Shown here: piece by piece, positions 59,842 to 64,000 of the stretch
How the letters are laid out: each line of letters starts with the position of its first letter
Numbering within the stretch: the stretch's first letter is position 1
Origin: Chloroflexia bacterium
GTDB taxonomy: Bacteria; Chloroflexota; Chloroflexia; QHBQ01; JADMIH01
Assembly (NCBI GenBank): GCA_034437815.1
Contig: DAOTTC010000072.1
Coordinates: 15,041 to 79,040 of the forward strand
Direction: 5' to 3'
Length of the DNA: 64,000 bases
Position numbers and translations under genes: made by a program
The notes under the pieces: generated by a model
Databases searched by the model: none
What the model saw: only the letters and a program-made list of their open reading frames with translations
Told to the model about the DNA's origin: nothing

Positions 59842-61161
59842 ATGGACAATCAGGCAGTGAACGGCAGCATGCCGAAAATAGGCGTGCTCATCGTTGACGA
59901 CATAGCCGATACGCGCGATAACCTGAGCAAACTGCTGTTGTTTGAGCGCGACATCGAGGTCGTGGGCACGGCGGGCAGTGGGCCGGAAGCCATAGAGATG
60001 TGCCGCCGCGCCAACCCCGACGTAGTGCTCATGGACATCAATATGCCCGAGATGGACGGCATTAAGGCCGCCGAGATCATCAGCAGCGAATTCCCGGGCA
60101 TGGGCCTGATCATGATGTCGGTGCAGGGCGAGCAGGACTACCTGCGCCGCGCCATGCTGGCCGGGGCCAGAGAGTTTCTGGTCAAGCCCTTCTCAAGCGA
60201 TGAGTTGGTGCGCTCCATCCGCCATGTGTACAGGCTGGAATCCACCAAGCGGGCTATGGCCGCCGCGGCGGCTGTGCCGGGCACCGGCATGCTCACCCCT
60301 CAGGGGCAGGCCGGGGGCGACGGCGAGCCACGCCACGGTAAGATCTTGACCGTGGTAAGCCCCAAAGGTGGGGTAGGCAGGACCACCGTCGCGGTGAACC
60401 TCGCCGTGGCACTCAAGCTGTCCACTCAGAAGAAGGTGGCCCTTGTGGATGGCTCGCTGTATTTCGGCGATGTCGGGGTCATGATGAACCTGCTGTCCAA
60501 TAAGACGTTGATTGATGCTGTGGAGCATATAGACGGGTTGGACGAGGACCTGCTGAACGACCTGATGTCCACCCACTCATCGGGGGTGAAGGTGCTGCTG
60601 GGACCACCCCAACCCGAACAGGCCGAACTGGTGACCGCCGAGCACATCCGCCGGATTCTGGTGGGCCTCACCGCCGGCTATGACTATGTGGTCGTGGATA
60701 CGTGGCCGTCCTTTGCCGAGACGGTGCTCACCGCTATGGATCTGGCCGACCACATCCTGCTCGTCATGACCCTCGAGATGACGGCCATCAAAGACGTCAA
60801 GCTGTATCTGGAGGTCGTGGAGAAGCTCAACTACCCGGCGGAGAAGGTCAAGCTCATCCTCAACCGGTCAGGCAGTTCGGGCGGCATCAAAGTGGAAGCG
60901 GTGGAGGAAACCCTGCGTCACAAGGTGATGGTGGGGTTGAGCAACGACTTCGTGGCTATGCAAACTGCCATCAATCAGGGTGTGCCGCTGGTTATTTCGG
61001 CCAGAGAGCACCCGTTCTCTCGAGATATCTATCGGTTGGCCCGGCTGTTGACCGCCACAACCGTTGAGGACAAGGCTCTGGCGCAGGCCACGGCGGCTGT
61101 GCGTGCCGAGGAAGCTAACCGCACCAAGCTCATGTCCAAGCTCAAAGCGGCGTTCAGATGA
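59842..61161 (+). CDS. cpaE: CpaE/TadZ pilus-assembly ParA/MinD-family ATPase with an N-terminal response-regulator receiver (REC) domain
   Basis: REC motifs (IVDDIADTR, acceptor Asp in VLMDINMPEMDG, LVKPF) and a deviant Walker A (SPKGGVGRTTVAVN). Confidence 0.8.
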   Translation: MDNQAVNGSMPKIGVLIVDDIADTRDNLSKLLLFERDIEVVGTAGSGPEAIEMCRRANPDVVLMDINMPEMDGIKAAEIISSEFPGMGLIMMSVQGEQDYLRRAMLAGAREFLVKPFSSDELVRSIRHVYRLESTKRAMAAAAAVPGTGMLTPQGQAGGDGEPRHGKILTVVSPKGGVGRTTVAVNLAVALKLSTQKKVALVDGSLYFGDVGVMMNLLSNKTLIDAVEHIDGLDEDLLNDLMSTHSSGVKVLLGPPQPEQAELVTAEHIRRILVGLTAGYDYVVVDTWPSFAETVLTAMDLADHILLVMTLEMTAIKDVKLYLEVVEKLNYPAEKVKLILNRSGSSGGIKVEAVEETLRHKVMVGLSNDFVAMQTAINQGVPLVISAREHPFSRDIYRLARLLTATTVEDKALAQATAAVRAEEANRTKLMSKLKAAFR

Positions 61162-61220
61162 TCTGATTTGGCGCATGACATGAATGGTGTAATCCAAACC
61201 CCATAGCGTGAGGTAAAGCG

Positions 61221-62684
61221 ATGTCTCTGCTCAAACGAATAGGCACTACCGATCCGATGCCGGGCAACAGGGAAGGCGGCCCGGTCAAGACCTCCGGCCC
61301 TCTAGGCAACGGGGGCATGAACCAGCCGCCGGGCACCAACGCCATGCCCCGGCCCAACACCAGCCGCCTCACCGGCCCCCCAGATGACAGCCAGAGGCGT
61401 TCCGGGCTTACCAGCAACAGCGACTTCATTGACCTGAAGAACCGTGTGCAGCAGAAGCTGATCGCCGAGCTGGACCCCAAGCTGGACCTCACCAAGACCG
61501 ATGAGGTGCGCCGTAATGTCGAGGAGATATTCAACGAAATCCTCGACTCCGAGAACATCGTGCTGACCAGAGTGGACCGCGCCCGATTGTTCGAAGCGGT
61601 AGCCGCCGAGATTCTGGGCTTCGGTCCCATCGAGCCGCTGCTCAAGGACCATACGATAAACGAAATCATGGTCAACGGCCCCAAGCTGGTGTACATCGAG
61701 CGCCACGGGCGTCTGGAGAAGACCAACATCCAGTTCCAGAACGACGAGCACGTAATGCGCGTCATAGACCGCATAGTGGCTCCGCTGGGCAGGCGCATTG
61801 ACGAAAGCTCGCCTTATGTGGACGCCCGCTTGCCCGACGGGTCCCGCGTGAACGCCATCATACCGCCGCTGTGCCTCAACGGGCCGACTATCACCATACG
61901 TAAGTTCTCTAAAGACCCGTTCACCGTGGATGACCTGATCCGCTTCGGTACCATGACCCCGGAGATGGCGACCTTCCTCAAAGCGTGCGTGGAAGCGCGG
62001 TTGAACATCGTGGTATCGGGCGGCACGGGCACCGGTAAGACCACGACCCTCAACGTGCTCTCAAGCTGGATCCCGGCGGACGAGCGCATCATCACCATCG
62101 AGAACGCTGCGGAGCTTCAGCTCCGTCAGGAGCACGTGATCACGCTGGAGTCCCGACCGCCCAACATCGAAGGCCGGGGCGAAGTGACTATACGCGACCT
62201 CGTGATCAACGCCCTGCGTATGCGCCCCGACCGCATAGTGGTCGGGGAGTGCCGCGGCGGCGAGGCGCTGGACATGCTTCAGGCCATGAACACCGGCCAC
62301 GACGGCTCTATGACCACCCTGCACGCCAACTCGCCGAGGGACGCCACCTCCCGTCTGGAGACTATGGTGCTGATGGCCGGCATGGAACTGCCCATGAAGG
62401 CCATACGCGAGCAGATAGCCGCCGCCATCGACCTGATCGTCCAGCTCGAGCGCCTGAAGGATGGTTCCCGCAAGATCACCAGCATCACTGAAGTGCAGGG
62501 TATGGAAGGCGATGTGATCGTTATGCAGGACATCTTCGTGTTCGAGCAGACCGGCGTGGAGGGCGGCAAGATAGTGGGCCGCATGAAGCCCACCGGCATC
62601 CGCCCCAAGTTCATCGAGAAGTTCGAAGCGGCCAACATCTACCTGCCGCCCAACATCTTTGGCTATAACGAGCGGTTCTTCTAG
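61221..62684 (+). CDS. cpaF: CpaF/TadA secretion ATPase (VirB11/GspE family)
   Basis: Walker [44 protein letters not shown], and 487 aa. Confidence 0.9.
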   Translation: MSLLKRIGTTDPMPGNREGGPVKTSGPLGNGGMNQPPGTNAMPRPNTSRLTGPPDDSQRRSGLTSNSDFIDLKNRVQQKLIAELDPKLDLTKTDEVRRNVEEIFNEILDSENIVLTRVDRARLFEAVAAEILGFGPIEPLLKDHTINEIMVNGPKLVYIERHGRLEKTNIQFQNDEHVMRVIDRIVAPLGRRIDESSPYVDARLPDGSRVNAIIPPLCLNGPTITIRKFSKDPFTVDDLIRFGTMTPEMATFLKACVEARLNIVVSGGTGTGKTTTLNVLSSWIPADERIITIENAAELQLRQEHVITLESRPPNIEGRGEVTIRDLVINALRMRPDRIVVGECRGGEALDMLQAMNTGHDGSMTTLHANSPRDATSRLETMVLMAGMELPMKAIREQIAAAIDLIVQLERLKDGSRKITSITEVQGMEGDVIVMQDIFVFEQTGVEGGKIVGRMKPTGIRPKFIEKFEAANIYLPPNIFGYNERFF

Positions 62685-62861
62685 AGCGTAGTGTAGTGGG
62701 CAATAGGTGAGGCTATGCCCTATGGCAGATGGTCATGACGAGCCAAAAATGGGGGTGCTGGGCTTACTTGGTAGCGTGGGGGTACAGGTGTATCCCGATG
62801 TCATATTCTGTTTTCACAGTCCTTTCGGAAAGGGTTGGTATCACAGGTCAAGGAGGGTGAG

Positions 62862-63848
62862 TTGAATCCCTTATTGTGGGCACTGCTGGTCTCGGTCGGT
62901 GTGATGGGCTTCTTCCTGTTGCTCGCCAGACTGTCCATGGGCAGCACCAATTACAAGGAGCGCCTTGCCCGCTTCGCTGGCGATAGAGGCAAAGAGCAAC
63001 AGGCTGGAGAAGAGAAAAAGAAGCCCTTCAGTCTGGGCATAGGCGAGACGCAACTATCCGTCAAGGTTGAGAAGACCATAGGGCGGCAGAGCTATGGCAA
63101 GACCATCCAGCGCAAGATGGCTCAGGCCGACCTGAAGCTGACTATTCTGGAGTTCATGCTCTTCAAGTTGTTCAGCATGATGATAGGTCTGGCCGCGGGG
63201 TTGTTCTTCGGCAGGGGTGGCGCTGTACAGATGGTGCTGTTCGGGCTGGGCGGCCTTGTGCTGGGCTTCTTCGCGCCCGACTGGTATGTCAAGTTCCGTA
63301 TAGCCCGACGTCTGAAAGCGTTCAACGAACAGTTAGGGGATACTATAGCCCTGCTCGCCAACTCGCTGCGCTCAGGCTATTCGCTGTTGCAGTCTCTGGA
63401 ACTGGTTGCGCGCGAGTCGCCCGACCCCATATCGTCCGAGTTCAAGCGCGTGGTGCGTGAAGTGGGCCTCGGCATCAGCCCACAAGACGCCCTGCAAAAT
63501 CTCTATCGCCGCATGCCTTCCGACGACCTCGACCTGATGATAACGGCGATAAACATCCAGTATGAGGTGGGCGGCAACCTCGCACAGATACTGGACATTC
63601 TGGCACACACGATTCGAGAGCGCGTGCGCATCAAGGGCGAGATACAGGTGCTGACCGCTCAGGGCAGGTTGACAGGCTACCTGATTTCCGCACTGCCCGT
63701 GCTCATAGGTCTGGCGGTGAGCGTAATCAACCCGTCGTACATGAACCCCATGTGGGAGTTCCCGTGGGTGATCATGCCCGTGTGCGGGGGCATATTGCTG
63801 GTGACTGGTTTTCTGATAATCAGAAAGATAGTGAATATAGAGGTGTGA
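62862..63848 (+). CDS. tadB: Tad pilus inner-membrane platform protein TadB (T2SS-F/GspF-domain)
   Basis: GspF-like domain (LANSLRSGYSLLQSLELVA...MITAINIQYEVGGNLAQILD) flanked by TM helices. Start chosen at the TTG at 62862, which is preceded by AAGGAGG; the track start at 62835 is also a TTG. Confidence 0.7.
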   Translation: MNPLLWALLVSVGVMGFFLLLARLSMGSTNYKERLARFAGDRGKEQQAGEEKKKPFSLGIGETQLSVKVEKTIGRQSYGKTIQRKMAQADLKLTILEFMLFKLFSMMIGLAAGLFFGRGGAVQMVLFGLGGLVLGFFAPDWYVKFRIARRLKAFNEQLGDTIALLANSLRSGYSLLQSLELVARESPDPISSEFKRVVREVGLGISPQDALQNLYRRMPSDDLDLMITAINIQYEVGGNLAQILDILAHTIRERVRIKGEIQVLTAQGRLTGYLISALPVLIGLAVSVINPSYMNPMWEFPWVIMPVCGGILLVTGFLIIRKIVNIEV

Positions 63849-64000
63849 CGGTGAGGCATGATGCATAACGCAATGTGTGATGCGTGCACAGGAAAAAGGT
63901 GCCCAAGGGTTGCCAACACCGGTGCACCCACCCGCTGAGGTATCACACTCATGCTTATGCTTATGTGCGCTAACGACCGGCGCTGGAGGTTTGCATGGAC

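Noticed and set aside
63851-63931. tadC starting right after tadB
   Set aside because: The ATG-initiated frame after the tadB stop terminates after 26 codons. The real tadC probably starts beyond the window or in another frame, and is not supportable here.

Overview
This is a 64-kb, high-GC (roughly 63-65% by eye), gene-dense bacterial chromosomal segment with no obvious genomic island. A Chloroflexota-like origin is only a guess. The guess rests on high GC together with a Firmicutes-style DnaD/DnaI primosome set, a DarA (c-di-AMP receptor) gene, a Ycf45-like ATPase and GldG-like genes.

In coordinate order, the window encodes:
- Minus strand, 1-10.3 kb: prs (5' partial), glmU, ferritin, succinate-semialdehyde dehydrogenase, then a sufR-sufC-sufB/D-sufS-sufU Fe-S assembly locus.
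- 10.6-12.3 kb: an SRPBCC protein and a CDF (cation diffusion facilitator) metal exporter.
- 12.7-15.9 kb: a replication set of DnaI/DnaC-like loader, DnaD-domain protein and dnaB helicase.
- Plus strand, 16.4-22.3 kb: pdxS-pdxT, a GNAT-like protein, a Ycf45/SpoIIIAA-like R3H ATPase, a DarA-like c-di-AMP receptor and a zinc-ribbon membrane protein.
- 22.6-26.8 kb: rsgA, mnmA and an ArnT/PMT-like GT-C (polytopic membrane) glycosyltransferase.
- 27.1-31.4 kb: a GldA/GldF/GldG-like ABC set plus a DUF4340 protein.
- 32.8-39.7 kb: nadD, MscS, a ThiF/MoeB-like E1 enzyme, radA, recO and an SDR oxidoreductase.
- 39.9-47.9 kb: a PIG-V/GT76-like membrane glycosyltransferase, a PduO-type corrinoid adenosyltransferase, an MFS transporter, an XPB/Ssl2-type helicase and purA.
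- 48.0-54.1 kb: a compact five-gene complex-I/Mrp/group-4-hydrogenase-like module (NuoC-, NuoD-, NuoL-, NuoK/J-, NuoN-like) with no NuoB, NuoH or NuoI partners. This is the most unusual system in the window.
- 54.2-58.5 kb: two GT4 glycosyltransferases and a TPR membrane protein.
- 58.8-63.8 kb: the start of a Tad/Flp pilus locus (cpaB, REC-fused cpaE/tadZ, cpaF, tadB).

No rRNA, tRNA or CRISPR could be supported. Intergenic DNA carries two families of short MITE/REP-like dispersed repeats (at least 8 and at least 6 copies), a 25-bp tandem repeat in 4 copies, and more than a dozen hexa-, hepta- and nonanucleotide microsatellites. Several microsatellites sit exactly at gene boundaries. They embed repeated in-frame TAG stops, encode low-complexity peptide linkers, or form a (Met-Ser)n uORF. 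Many long ORFs on the six-frame track are antisense shadow ORFs typical of high-GC DNA.
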